NCBI GenBank assembly: GCA_963716725.1
Contig: CAVQUB010000009.1
Location: 128,001-192,000 of the forward strand
DNA length: 64,000 bases
Direction: 5' to 3'
Origin: an uncultured delta proteobacterium
Lineage (GTDB): Bacteria; Myxococcota_A; Polyangia; Polyangiales; Polyangiaceae
A model generated the notes under the pieces. It saw only the letters and a list, made by a program, of their open reading frames with translations, was not told where the DNA came from and did not search any database. Of this stretch, positions 48,519-58,409 are shown in pieces. The position numbers were made by a program, and so were the translations under genes. Numbering within the stretch: position 1 is the first letter of the stretch; each line of letters begins with the position of its first letter.

Positions 48519-49674
48519 GGTAGAGCCGCGGGAGGTGGACGCCGGGATCCAGGTAGAACTGGCCAGGCTCGATGTCGAGCCACGCGAAGTCCATGGCCAT
48601 CGGGACTCGGGGCCATGGCCTACCGTCCGAGATGGCCTGGACGGCAGGTTTTCCCGAGGCGTCGGCGCGCCACAGCCCGAAGCTGCGCTCGTGGATGGCC
48701 AAGTCGAAGGGCGGCGTCTGCCACAGGCTCGGAACGTAGTCGGAGTAGCACCAGAGCATGGCACCGCTGGAACCCGCCGCAGACAGCGCTTCAACCGCCC
48801 GCGCAACGTAGGCGGCCGCGTCGTCTTCGTCCACCGACATCGTCGAAGGCGGATCTGAGCCGCGTGGGTGAGTCGGCGCGCCAAACTCGCTGAACAAGAC
48901 CTCAGCCCCGCCGCCCAGCCATGCCGTCACGCGCGCCAAGAATGGCAGGAGCTGCTCGTCCGTGGGTCCGCGCGACCACGCCGCGTAGGCCGGGTAGCCG
49001 TGCATGGTCAGAAAATCGCAGACCTCCGCGGCCTCTGCCGGGCCCAAGTTGCGATCGTGTTCCAGGTCCTCCATGTGGAGCCCGATGGTGACGAGAGCAG
49101 CTTCGTCGGCCTCGCGGATCGCGTCGCTGATGCGTCTGAGCCAGTCTCGCCCCAGGGCGCGGGTGGGAGGCATGACGCAGTTGGAGTTCTCGTTGCCCAG
49201 ATCCCAGGCCCAGAGCGCGGGATGACCGGCCAACGCCCTCGCCAGCGCTCCCGCCAGTGACGCCTGAGCGCGAGCGACGAGCAGATCCGTGTACCAATTG
49301 CGGAGGCCCGCCTGAACGACGCGATCGCCCGACACCACGCGGAATCGCGGGTCGCCGGCCTCGCCACCCAGCGCCCAGCCCGGGATCCAGTTCACGCCGC
49401 TCATGTGGCCGGTGAAGAGGGTGGGCATGACCGACAGGCCCGCCGCCTGCGCCAGATCGAGCGCCGTCGTCAGGCGCTCAATCATCTGCTCATCCACCCG
49501 GACCGCGCGAGGCTGGAAGTGCTCCCAGGTGAGGAACAGGCGAACGGAGTCGAAGCCGGCAGCGGCAATCCGCCTGAAGTCCGCCGAGCACTCGGCGGCG
49601 TCGAAGGCTGGCCACCAGCCCATCGCGCTGGCTGCGGGCCAGTAGTTGATGCCGAGGCGGAAGGGGCTGGTCAC
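48490..49674 (-). CDS. Clan GH-A (GH5-like) beta-mannanase/mannosidase
   Basis: GINYWP, WDLGNE (acid/base), HGYP, FSEFG (nucleophile), WCYSDY and HERSFGL. Confidence 0.82.
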   Translation of the reverse strand: MTSPFRLGINYWPAASAMGWWPAFDAAECSADFRRIAAAGFDSVRLFLTWEHFQPRAVRVDEQMIERLTTALDLAQAAGLSVMPTLFTGHMSGVNWIPGWALGGEAGDPRFRVVSGDRVVQAGLRNWYTDLLVARAQASLAGALARALAGHPALWAWDLGNENSNCVMPPTRALGRDWLRRISDAIREADEAALVTIGLHMEDLEHDRNLGPAEAAEVCDFLTMHGYPAYAAWSRGPTDEQLLPFLARVTAWLGGGAEVLFSEFGAPTHPRGSDPPSTMSVDEDDAAAYVARAVEALSAAGSSGAMLWCYSDYVPSLWQTPPFDLAIHERSFGLWRADASGKPAVQAISDGRPWPRVPMAMDFAWLDIEPGQFYLDPGVHLPRLYLRYCESLGS

Positions 49675-50705
49675 TGCCGTGCCCCGAGGGAAAGCACTCG
49701 ATGGTAGACAGCGATGTACTCGTCCACCATGCGACTCACGTCGAAGCGTTGTTCCACGGAGGCGCGGACCTGCTTCGGATCGGCGCCGGCCGCGCTCTCG
49801 ACCGCGCGCACGGCTCCGTCGATGGAATCGACCAGGTAGCCGTTCTGGCCGTCGTGGATCAACTCCGCCATCGAGCCGCGGGCGTGGGCGATGACCGGAG
49901 TTCCACAAGCCATCGCCTCCACGACACTGAAGCCAAAGGGCTCGTCGAAATCGATCAGGTGCAAGAGGGCGCGCGCGCCGCCCAGGAGCGCCGCTCGTCG
50001 CTCCGGCCCGACCGATCCGATGAACCGAACGCGCTGCCCGTCGAGGTGGGGCTCGACCTCACGCTGGAAGTACTCCCGATCTTGCACGATGCCGGCGATG
50101 ATCAGCGGGAGGCCGGCGCGCCGCGCGACCTCGATGGCCTGGGCCGTGCCCTTGTCCGGGTGGATCCGGCCGAAGAAGAGCAGGGCTTCGCGAGGCCCGA
50201 CTGCGAGGGCAAGCTCCCGCATGTCGATGCCGTGATGGACAGTCGCGACGTAGTTCAATGACGGATGTCGGTCGGCGTCGCTGATCGCCACGTAGAAGCC
50301 CCGCGAGTCGTACTTTTGGTACACGGGCAAGATCCGCTCGGAAGAAAAGCCGTGGATGGTCGTGACCACCGGGGTCTTCACCAAGGCACTGAAGCAGAGT
50401 GGCAAGAAGTCGAAGCTGTTGTGGATCACGTCGAACTCGGCCGCTCGCTCGAACACCGCGGAGATGTGCAAGCTCTCCCAGACCTTCACGTCGAGTTCCG
50501 GATCCTCGGAGTAGCCCCGGGGTGCACTGCCAACCAGTCGAGCGCTGGTGATGGAGTCGGCGGTCGCGAACAAAGTCACGTCGAGGCCCCGCTGGACCAG
50601 TCCTTCGGTCAGGAGCGACGCGAATTGCTCCCAGGGTCCGTAGTGGCGCGGCGGCACGCGCCAAGAGATCGGCGCCAGCACGGCCACGCGGAGTGCGGGC
50701 GTCAT
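49671..50705 (-). CDS. GT4 glycosyltransferase
   Basis: VPPRHYGPWE, GRIHPDKG and EPFGFSVVEAMACGTPVI. Confidence 0.92.
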   Translation of the reverse strand: MTPALRVAVLAPISWRVPPRHYGPWEQFASLLTEGLVQRGLDVTLFATADSITSARLVGSAPRGYSEDPELDVKVWESLHISAVFERAAEFDVIHNSFDFLPLCFSALVKTPVVTTIHGFSSERILPVYQKYDSRGFYVAISDADRHPSLNYVATVHHGIDMRELALAVGPREALLFFGRIHPDKGTAQAIEVARRAGLPLIIAGIVQDREYFQREVEPHLDGQRVRFIGSVGPERRAALLGGARALLHLIDFDEPFGFSVVEAMACGTPVIAHARGSMAELIHDGQNGYLVDSIDGAVRAVESAAGADPKQVRASVEQRFDVSRMVDEYIAVYHRVLSLGARQ

Positions 50706-53015
50706 GTTGCGAGCTGAGCTCGCGTAGCTGGGTTGGCGGCGATCAGACCACCGAGCTCGAGCTGCAGCTCGCTCTCCAGCATGCCCATCTCGGCCAGCGC
50801 GAGCAGGAACGAGAGCGTGGATTCTGCGCCCTGATTCTCGTTGGGCCGATCGACGTGAAGACCGTCGCGGCAGCCTCCGGTAGCGGGATCGTAGAGCGGG
50901 GTGTTCAGCTGGTTGTGTCCGAGGAACCAGCGAAAAGCGCGCCGCATCTCCACCGCCCAGCGCTCGTCACCGGTCAGACGAAGAGCGTCGAGACAAGCCG
51001 AGATCATCGCGCACGCCTCGACGGGTTGCTGGTCGAAGTGCGCCTTGCTCCGACCTGCGTTGGTAGAATCCGTTCGAACCGACGGGAGCGAAGTAACCCT
51101 CGGGGGTGCGCTGGATGTCGAGCAGCCAGTCCGAGGGACCGCGAGCCCTGCGGCGGTCATTTCGGCGTTGCCCATGCGCGCGCCGGAGACGATCAGCGCC
51201 TGGGACAGCCGCGCGTTGTCGTAGGTCACGTGTCCTCGAACCAGGGCCAGTCGCGCGCCCGATTGCGCTCGAACAGGGCGAGCAGTCGCTCGGCGAGCTG
51301 CTGTCGCACCGCCTCCACGCCGCTGTCGCCCTGGAACGCGCGCAGGTATTCGTCGATGCCGAGCAGGGCGAAGGCCCAGGCGCGTGGGCTGGTGAAGCTC
51401 GGGCGCCGCCGGCAGCGCGGCGTGGAACAAGTGCACCGCCAAGCCTCTGACGGCCGGGATCGCTCGATCGACCGACCACGCGCACCCAGCGCCCAGAGCG
51501 CGCGCCCGTGGCTGTCCTCGGAGCCGCACTCCTCCGTCCACGCCGACGGTAGGACATGAAGTTGCGGAAGCGACCCAGCTCCGAGTTGAAGGCGTAGTTC
51601 ACGAACGCCAGGTAGCGCGAGGCGAGCGCACGAGTCGTCGCGGTGTCGTCCGTGCCCGCGCCTTCGAGCAGCGCCATGAGCAGCAACGCCCGCGCGTTGT
51701 CGTCCAGGCAGTAGCCGTCCTCGTAGCGCGGAATGGTGAACGCGGCGTGCTGCAGCAGCCCTGTCGAGTCCGTCATCGCCCGCAGGTGCCCGAGGTTCAT
51801 CTCCGGCAGCTCGATCGGACGCTTGGCCAGCGTCTTGGCCTCGAAGGCCGTACGACGCACGGTCGCGTGCTCGTGAAGCGCGCGCTCCAAGGTCTCGACG
51901 TAGCGGCGAGCGACCGCTGGCCAGACCATGTCGCGGCCGTACGCGGCGGCGCGGTCCCGAGCGCAGCGAGCTCGGTCGGGTTGCCCAGGAGTCCGCTGAC
52001 GGCGCGGGCCAACTCTGCGGAGTCGCGCCAGGGCACGAGGACGCCGCGTCCCTCCGCCAGCAGCTCGCGCGCGTAGCGATAGGGCGTCGAGATCACCGCC
52101 TTGCCCGCGCCGACCGCGTAGGCCAGCGTGCCCGAGGTGATCTGCTCGAGGTTCAGGTACGGCGTCACGTAGATGTCGGCCGCCGACAGGAACTCGACCA
52201 GCTCCGGCAGGCTGACGAAGCGGTCGTGGAAGATGATGTTGGCGTCCACGCCCAGTCGGCTGCGCCAAGAGTCTCCAGGCTGCGGCGATAGGCTCTCGCC
52301 GTGCCGTTCCTTGACGTGCGGGTGCGTCGCGCCGAGCACGATGTAGACGGCGTCCGGGTGTTGCGCGACGATGGCCGGCAGCGCTTCGATCACGTACTCG
52401 ATGCCCTTGTCGGGGGACAGCAGCCCGAAGGTCAGGATCACGGACTTGCCGTCGACACCGAGTTGGGCCTTGCTGGCGCGAGTCTGCGGCACCTCTGGGA
52501 TGCCGTGCGGGATGAGGTCGATCTTGGACGCGTGCACGCCGTGCACTTCGTGCAGCAGCTCGGCGCCACGTTCGCTCATCACGACCAGCCGGGTCGAGAG
52601 TCGGACGAGCTCGTCCATCACTCGCACGTTGGTCCGGATCTGGGTTCGCTCAGGATGGTGTGCAGCGTGGTCACGATCGGCATCCGAAGCTCGCGCAGCA
52701 GCGACAGCACGTGGCTGCCCGCTCGACCGCCGAAGATGCCGTACTCGTGCTGAAGCGAGAGCACGTCGCCGCCGCCCACGTTCAGGAAGTCGGCAGCTCG
52801 CCGGTAGGACACGAGGTCGCTCTCCGCGATCTCGAAGCGAACGCGCTCGCCGTAGGCGTGGCGCTGGCCCGGGTCGTTCATCGCCACCACGAAGCAGTCG
52901 AATGGCAGGAAATTCCTGCCGAAATGGCCTGCGTCAGGTCGGTCGTGAAGGTTGCGATGCCGCAGCGCCGGGGCATGTAGTTGCCGAGCAGTGCGATCTG
53001 GCGAATCTGTTGCAT
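50702..53015 (-). CDS. GT4 glycosyltransferase fused to an (alpha/alpha)6 glycosidase-like domain; multiply frameshifted
   Basis: Fragments in different frames: PRRCGIATFT, QHEYGIFGG, TFGLLSPDKG, TSGTLAYAVG, GYCLDDNARAL, YDNARL, FDQQPVEA and NENQGAESTL. Confidence 0.8.
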
Positions 53016-53159
53016 GGGCGCTCTCAGTGAGCGCGCGTTGGGGGGCGACGAGATTCTGGTCGCCACGCCCGACGAGTAGAATGCCGACCGCAGTGTGGCC
53101 GCGATGAGCGAGGGCGGCAACCTCGTGCCAATTTGCGCTACTGAGCGCCGATCTGCTCG

Positions 53160-53723
53160 CTAAGCGCCGATCCGAAAGAAGGTCCCGCCCGCCGCGGTGA
53201 GCGCGGTCGGCTCATTCTTGAACTTGCGTCCCAACGCTTCGAGCGCGTCGGTGTCGGCGTAGAGCCCGGCGCCCCATCCCTCGGGTGAGTCCGCTTCGTC
53301 GTAGTGCGCGGCGGTCGCGGCCCACAGCGCGCGACGCAGCGGCTCGCTAGGGCACGACGCCACGGCCACGAACACGCCGTTCAGTTCCGGCAACTCGCTG
53401 CCCACTTCGTCGTCAATCCAGCGGCCGCCGTAGGTCAAGGCGCCCACCGTCGAGAAGCCCTTCTCGAGCAGCCGCGCGCGCACCAGCTTCAACCACGCGA
53501 TGGGATCCTCGCTGTGGTCTCCGTCGGCGACTTCGAGGTAGAGCGCATGGCCGAGATCGAGAGCGCGCACGTCCTGACCCAATGCGAAGATGCCGAGCGC
53601 TTCGCGCCACGCCCCGCGAAACTCACGCCAGAGTCGGGCGAATTCCTCGGCTTCGAGGCTGTACTCCTGCTGCTCGATGTCGACCCAGGCCACCAGCAGA
53701 CCGAATGCGTTTTCGTCATCCAT
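53160..53723 (-). CDS. Hypothetical protein, possibly a degenerate class III nucleotidyl cyclase fold
   Basis: ORF with host-like codons (VAWVDIE, LGHALYL, GALTYG). The fold call is speculative. Confidence 0.55.
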   Translation of the reverse strand: MDDENAFGLLVAWVDIEQQEYSLEAEEFARLWREFRGAWREALGIFALGQDVRALDLGHALYLEVADGDHSEDPIAWLKLVRARLLEKGFSTVGALTYGGRWIDDEVGSELPELNGVFVAVASCPSEPLRRALWAATAAHYDEADSPEGWGAGLYADTDALEALGRKFKNEPTALTAAGGTFFRIGA

Positions 53724-53978
53724 CGCCAGCTCGGACTTAGCGCGCGCCGGAAAATAATGGAACGATTTGTCGGCAACTCGAGGCGAGTGGGCGCCGGTGC
53801 GGGAAGAGTGAACCGCCAAGGCGCCGAGGTCGCCAAGAATGTGGGGTGGCAAGAGCCCAGTACGGATCTCGACCGCACCCATCCACGTCGCGTGGACGCT
53901 CTCCTACTCGAAAGCCGCTCGACTCCGACGCGGACCCCCGCATCACTTTCAACCTCACGATCGCCAGGGTCGGCGTGA

Positions 53979-55385
53979 TCAGAACCCGAAGTCGGGCGAG
54001 GGCTTCGCAGTTGCCGTCGGCTTCGGCTTGGGAGTTCGCGGCGGGGCGGGTGCAGCGGGCTGCGTGGGCGCCAGCGTCGGGCGAGGGCGCCGGGCTGGTG
54101 GCTCCTCGCTTGCCGGCGGCGCGGGTGGTGACATCGAAACCGGCGCGGCAACTTCGGCGCTCACCGACACCGCTGGGGGCTCCGATTGCACTACCTCGAC
54201 GCTGCTCGGCTCGGGCGGGGTGCGCCCGAAGGCAAGCAGCGCGGCGACGGCGGCTAGTGCCGCCGCCCCGGCCACCGCGACCCAAAGCCAGCGCTTGTGC
54301 GGCGCCGGAGTGGCAACCGGCAGGGGCGCAGCGGCCGCGAGGGGCTCGGCGCGGGAACGCGCGGCGGGTCGCTCGGTCGGGGATTCTGCGAGCGGCGGCA
54401 GCGTCGGGTTGAGGTCCATCTTGATCTCGGCGAAATCCGCCTCGAGCCAGCTCGTTCGAAGCGACGTAGCGCAAGCGTCTTCGCGTACACCGCGTTCGTA
54501 GAGCCAGAGCGCCAGCGCCTCGCCGACCGCACGCATCGACTCCCAGCGCTCGTCGGGATTTTTCTTCATTCCCCGATCGATCAGGCGCCACAGATCCGCG
54601 TCTCCGGCTCCCAGTCGCGTGGTCGGGGCTGGATCGTCGTTGATGATGGCGGTGAGGAGCGCGTTGTAGTTCTCTCCGGTGAAAGGCACCGTCCCGCAGA
54701 GCGCCTCGTAGAGCATGACGCAGAAGCTCCACACGTCCGTGGGGACGCCGACGTCAGACTCACCCCGGGCTTGTTCGGGAGACATGTAGTCGGGAGTGCC
54801 GACGATCGCGCCTTTGGCCGTGAGCCGACGTTCGAACCGAGTGTGGCGGGCGATGCCAAAGTCCAGCAGCTTCGGCTGCACTCGCCCAAGATCGTCGGCG
54901 GCGATGAAGACGTTCTCGGGCTTCACGTCTCGGTGCACGATGCCCGCTGCGTGCGCCGTCTGCAGCGCATCCGCGATGGGCAAGAGGAGCTGCGCTGCCC
55001 GCGTGCTGGCCAGCCGCCCCCGGTTCCGAATCGTGTCGTACAGGGTCTCGCCGTGGAGCAGCTCCATCGCAACGAAGGGGTCTCGACGGTCCGTCTGCCC
55101 GAAGTCGAACACGCGAACAATCGCAGGGTGACGGAATCGGGCCGCCGCTCGCGCCTCTTGCAGCAAGCGCTCCCAGTGAGTGGGCGGCGCGTCGGGCTCC
55201 AAGTAGATGATCTTGACGGCAACGTGCACGTCGAGGAGGGCGTCGTGGGCCACCCAGACCGTGCCGAAACCACCCTCGCCCAGCCTGCGAACCAGGTTGT
55301 AGCGGTCCCGAATCACCTCCCCCGAGCGGTAGCGCTCTTCGTCGGGAGCCATTTCGGACTTGAGCGAATGGCTAGGCGTGCCCAT
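53979..55385 (-). CDS. Membrane Ser/Thr protein kinase
   Basis: GEGGFGTV, VAVK, HRDVKPEN, DFG and GTPDYMSPEQ, then a TM and a Pro-rich tail ending PDFGF. Confidence 0.95.
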   Translation of the reverse strand: MGTPSHSLKSEMAPDEERYRSGEVIRDRYNLVRRLGEGGFGTVWVAHDALLDVHVAVKIIYLEPDAPPTHWERLLQEARAAARFRHPAIVRVFDFGQTDRRDPFVAMELLHGETLYDTIRNRGRLASTRAAQLLLPIADALQTAHAAGIVHRDVKPENVFIAADDLGRVQPKLLDFGIARHTRFERRLTAKGAIVGTPDYMSPEQARGESDVGVPTDVWSFCVMLYEALCGTVPFTGENYNALLTAIINDDPAPTTRLGAGDADLWRLIDRGMKKNPDERWESMRAVGEALALWLYERGVREDACATSLRTSWLEADFAEIKMDLNPTLPPLAESPTERPAARSRAEPLAAAAPLPVATPAPHKRWLWVAVAGAAALAAVAALLAFGRTPPEPSSVEVVQSEPPAVSVSAEVAAPVSMSPPAPPASEEPPARRPRPTLAPTQPAAPAPPRTPKPKPTATAKPSPDFGF

Positions 55386-55441
55386 CGTCGGCCGAGTTCT
55401 TGATCATGCCCGCTGGCGTCGCCACGAGCAACCGCCAGCGA

Positions 55442-56891
55442 TCACGGCTTGAATCGCTCGCCTTTGCCGGTGAGTGTTGCGCCGGTTCGACCGCCCCAGA
55501 TCAGCAACTCCTTGCCAGTCCAGACGCCGGCGCCGAAGGCGTGCCACTCGGCGCTCGGCCATTGGGGAACGGGCGTCCACTTGGGCGTCGTGCCGCTCCC
55601 GTCGTAGACGGCGCCGTCTCTGAGATATACCCCTGGAGCAGACAGACCACCGGCGATGACGATGACGTTGTCCGCAACGCGCGCTGCCCAGCCGGTCTCT
55701 CGCTGCGGCGCCCAACGCGCCGTCGGCGCGGCAACGCTGGCGAGCGTGGTCCACGCGCTCCCGTAGTAGCGCTTTCCGTCGGCCTTGGCGTTGTTGTCGT
55801 CGCCGCCCCAGACCCAAAAGCCGACTCCGTCCCACGCGCCGAATGAGCCCCAGCGTCCCGATGGGCCTTTCCCGATGGCGCTCCACGCTCCGGTGGTCAA
55901 CTCGGCGCGATGCGCCTCGTCAGTCTTCGTCGTACCCGCTATCCGTCCACCGTGCACGTACAAGCGATCGGCGGACGCCGCCCAGGCAAATTCGGTGCGC
56001 GCGCTCGGTGGGACGCCGCTGGTCACGACTGACCAACTCTTCGACGGGAGGTCGAACGAATGAGTTTCGGGCACGGGTTGACCGGCCTTGTCCCAGCCGC
56101 CCCAAACCAGCACTGTCATGCCGACCGCTGCCATCACCGGCGCACGCCGTTCCTTCGGGGCGGCGGGGATCGGCGTCCAGCTCGCGCTCGCAGGCTCAAA
56201 CAAAGCGCCGTCTTTGTAGTCAGCAGTCCCCGCGGCGTCGCCGCCGCCGAACACCATGACTACGCCGCCGACTTCCAGCGCGGTTGCCAGCACTCTCGGG
56301 CTTGGGGCCGAGGGGCTCGCAGGGACCAGCGTCCACCCAAGCGTCTTCGGATCGGCTTCGAATGGATCGTCAGATCGCCGCGTCACCGAGGGCCGTTCCA
56401 GTCTGATCCGCGCCGCCGAAGAAGAACACCCTCGAGTCGACTCGAGCAAACGCCATCCGCTCTCGGGCCGGGAAACTGGTCGGTGCCATCGCCACCCATC
56501 CTGAGCCGCACTTCCCGAAGTTGCAGGGTCGACCCTTCGGACACGCCGCAGCGCAAGCCCCACAGTGGCTCGCGTCTGTTTGCAAATCGACACAAGCTCC
56601 CCCGCAGCAAGTGTCACCGCAGCCGCCGCAACCGCCCTCGGAGGCGTCGGAACTGTCGGATGCGTCGGAACTGTCGGAGGCGTCGGAGGCGTCGACTCCG
56701 CCGCCGCCCCCACCTCCCGTGGTTCCTCCCGCTGCGCTGCTGCCTCCGCTTCCGGCCGTGATCGTCCCGCCACTTCCCGCCGATCCGCCTCCGCCGGATG
56801 TGGGTGCGACGATCTCGTAGTCGTCGGAGATCGGCGGGCAGCCCGCGGTGAGGCCAGCGCAGGCCGCGAGCAGGGCCACCGTCCGTCGCAT
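55442..56891 (-). CDS. Lipoprotein with Cys-rich (Stig1-like) module and Kelch beta-propeller (frameshift near 56372)
   Basis: Lipobox TAGC, CVDLQTDASHCGAC, and Kelch repeats (VFFFGG, VMVFGG, LVWGG, YVHGG, WVWGG, LIWGG) split across two frames. Confidence 0.82.
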
Positions 56892-57903
56892 CTAGAACGT
56901 CCCCCCGAGCCCGACCGCACCGACGCCTACGTAGGCGGAGACGCTCGACGGCTTCGATTCGTCCCCGACCAACCAGAACAGCGCAGCGGCCGTGGCCAGT
57001 CCGGCCGCGCCGACCCCGTACCCAATCCACGCGATGGTGCGCTGGGTGCGATACGCATCCAAGTTGTCCCGCTCCGACGCAGGACAGCTGCTCCCGTCGC
57101 AAGCTTGCTCGAGCGCCGCGGACTTGCGCTGCGCCGCGAGGCCGAACCCGACGCCCAACGCCAGCCCCGTCACTCCCGCTCCCGCGGCCACGAAGCCCCA
57201 AGTCTTACGCGAGGATCCTCCGCCGCCCGCACTTCCCGGACCTGCGCTCTCGGCGCCGGCGCCCGCGCCCGTGTCCACTGGGGCGAGCGAGAGATCCACG
57301 TCCCGGCCCTCGCCTTCGGCGACCTCGACGCGCTGGGTGGCCGAAGACACGCCGGGAAGTTTCGCTTCCACCAGGTGGACTCCGGGGTCAACGGTCCGCA
57401 GTACCCCAATCAGCTCTTTGGGCACGGGCTTGCCATCCAACTTCACGGCCAACGACGGCGAATCACTGCCCTTACCCACGATGCGCAGGCGGATTCGCGG
57501 AATGCGCGTGCGCAGCCGCTCCACTTCGTCGCCTGCCTCACGAACTGCAACGCGAAATGCTTCGGGAGCGTCTTCGGGCAGCGTTGCGCGGCGCGTCGCT
57601 TCGTAGCGCTCGTTGGCTTCGATCAGACGCCCCAGCTTCGCGAGGATGCGAGCGTGCCAGATGCTGATGGTGGGGGCCGGAACGAGCTTGTTCGCACGCT
57701 GGATCAGAATCCAACGCCCGCGCGTAGTCACCGGCGTCGTGCGCGACGACCGCACCGCGCGCGAGCTCGCGCGCGGCGTTTCGCACGTCTTCGCTCGCAG
57801 CACTCGGTCCGACCGGGGCAGCCCCGGCTGGCCCCGCACAAAGCGCCACGACCAGCGTCACCGCCGACGCGGCGACGTACTGGCGAACTTGTCTACGGGA
57901 CAC
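56892..57903 (-). CDS. Exported TPR + PEGA-like protein (frameshift near 57708)
   Basis: Signal peptide, AARELA...GDYARALD then LIQRANKLVPAPT, VDPGVH, CDGSSC loop and a C-terminus VGLGGTF. Confidence 0.8.
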
Positions 57904-57974
57904 CGTCGTTCAGCCTAGCCGCTCGGTCGGCGCATAGCCAGGCCCGGCGCTGCGCGGCGAAGCGGCTCAACCGC

Positions 57975-58400
57975 TCAGAGCAGCAGCGGAGGAGCGCCGG
58001 CGCGGCGACGGATCGCGTTCAGTGCTGCCCCGACCTTGGGGCGTGCCACCAGCCGCCGAACGAAGCCGCGCTTGCCCGGAAAGTCCAAGAGCACCAGCGA
58101 CACCAGGATGGTCAAGAGCCCCTGCCCTGGCAGCACCAGCATGGCGATACCCGCGACGAGCAACAGCACGCCGACCAGGTTCTTGAGTGCGCGAAGCACT
58201 CTGCGCCGACCGCGATCGCGGATCGGGCTGTGCGCGACGGCGTGCTCGTGCTCGACGAAGTAGTCCCGGGGCAGCCGGGCCACGAACCACGGAAGCGCGA
58301 TCACGCTGCCCACGAGCAGACCCAGTGACACCACCGTGACTGCTCCGATCACCTGCGGCGTGATCAGCCAGTCGGGGACGTGTGATCGCAGATCGGTCAC
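57975..58400 (-). CDS. PGPGW-family small membrane protein
   Basis: LKNLVG..LLVAGIAMLVLPGQGLLTILVSLVLLDFPGK. Confidence 0.8.
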   Translation of the reverse strand: MTDLRSHVPDWLITPQVIGAVTVVSLGLLVGSVIALPWFVARLPRDYFVEHEHAVAHSPIRDRGRRRVLRALKNLVGVLLLVAGIAMLVLPGQGLLTILVSLVLLDFPGKRGFVRRLVARPKVGAALNAIRRRAGAPPLLL

Positions 58401-58409
58401 GTGGAACGC

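Noticed and set aside
46957..53160. Mobile element or integrative island boundaries around the glycosyl cluster
   Set aside because: I found no integrase, transposase, tRNA or flanking direct repeats by eye.
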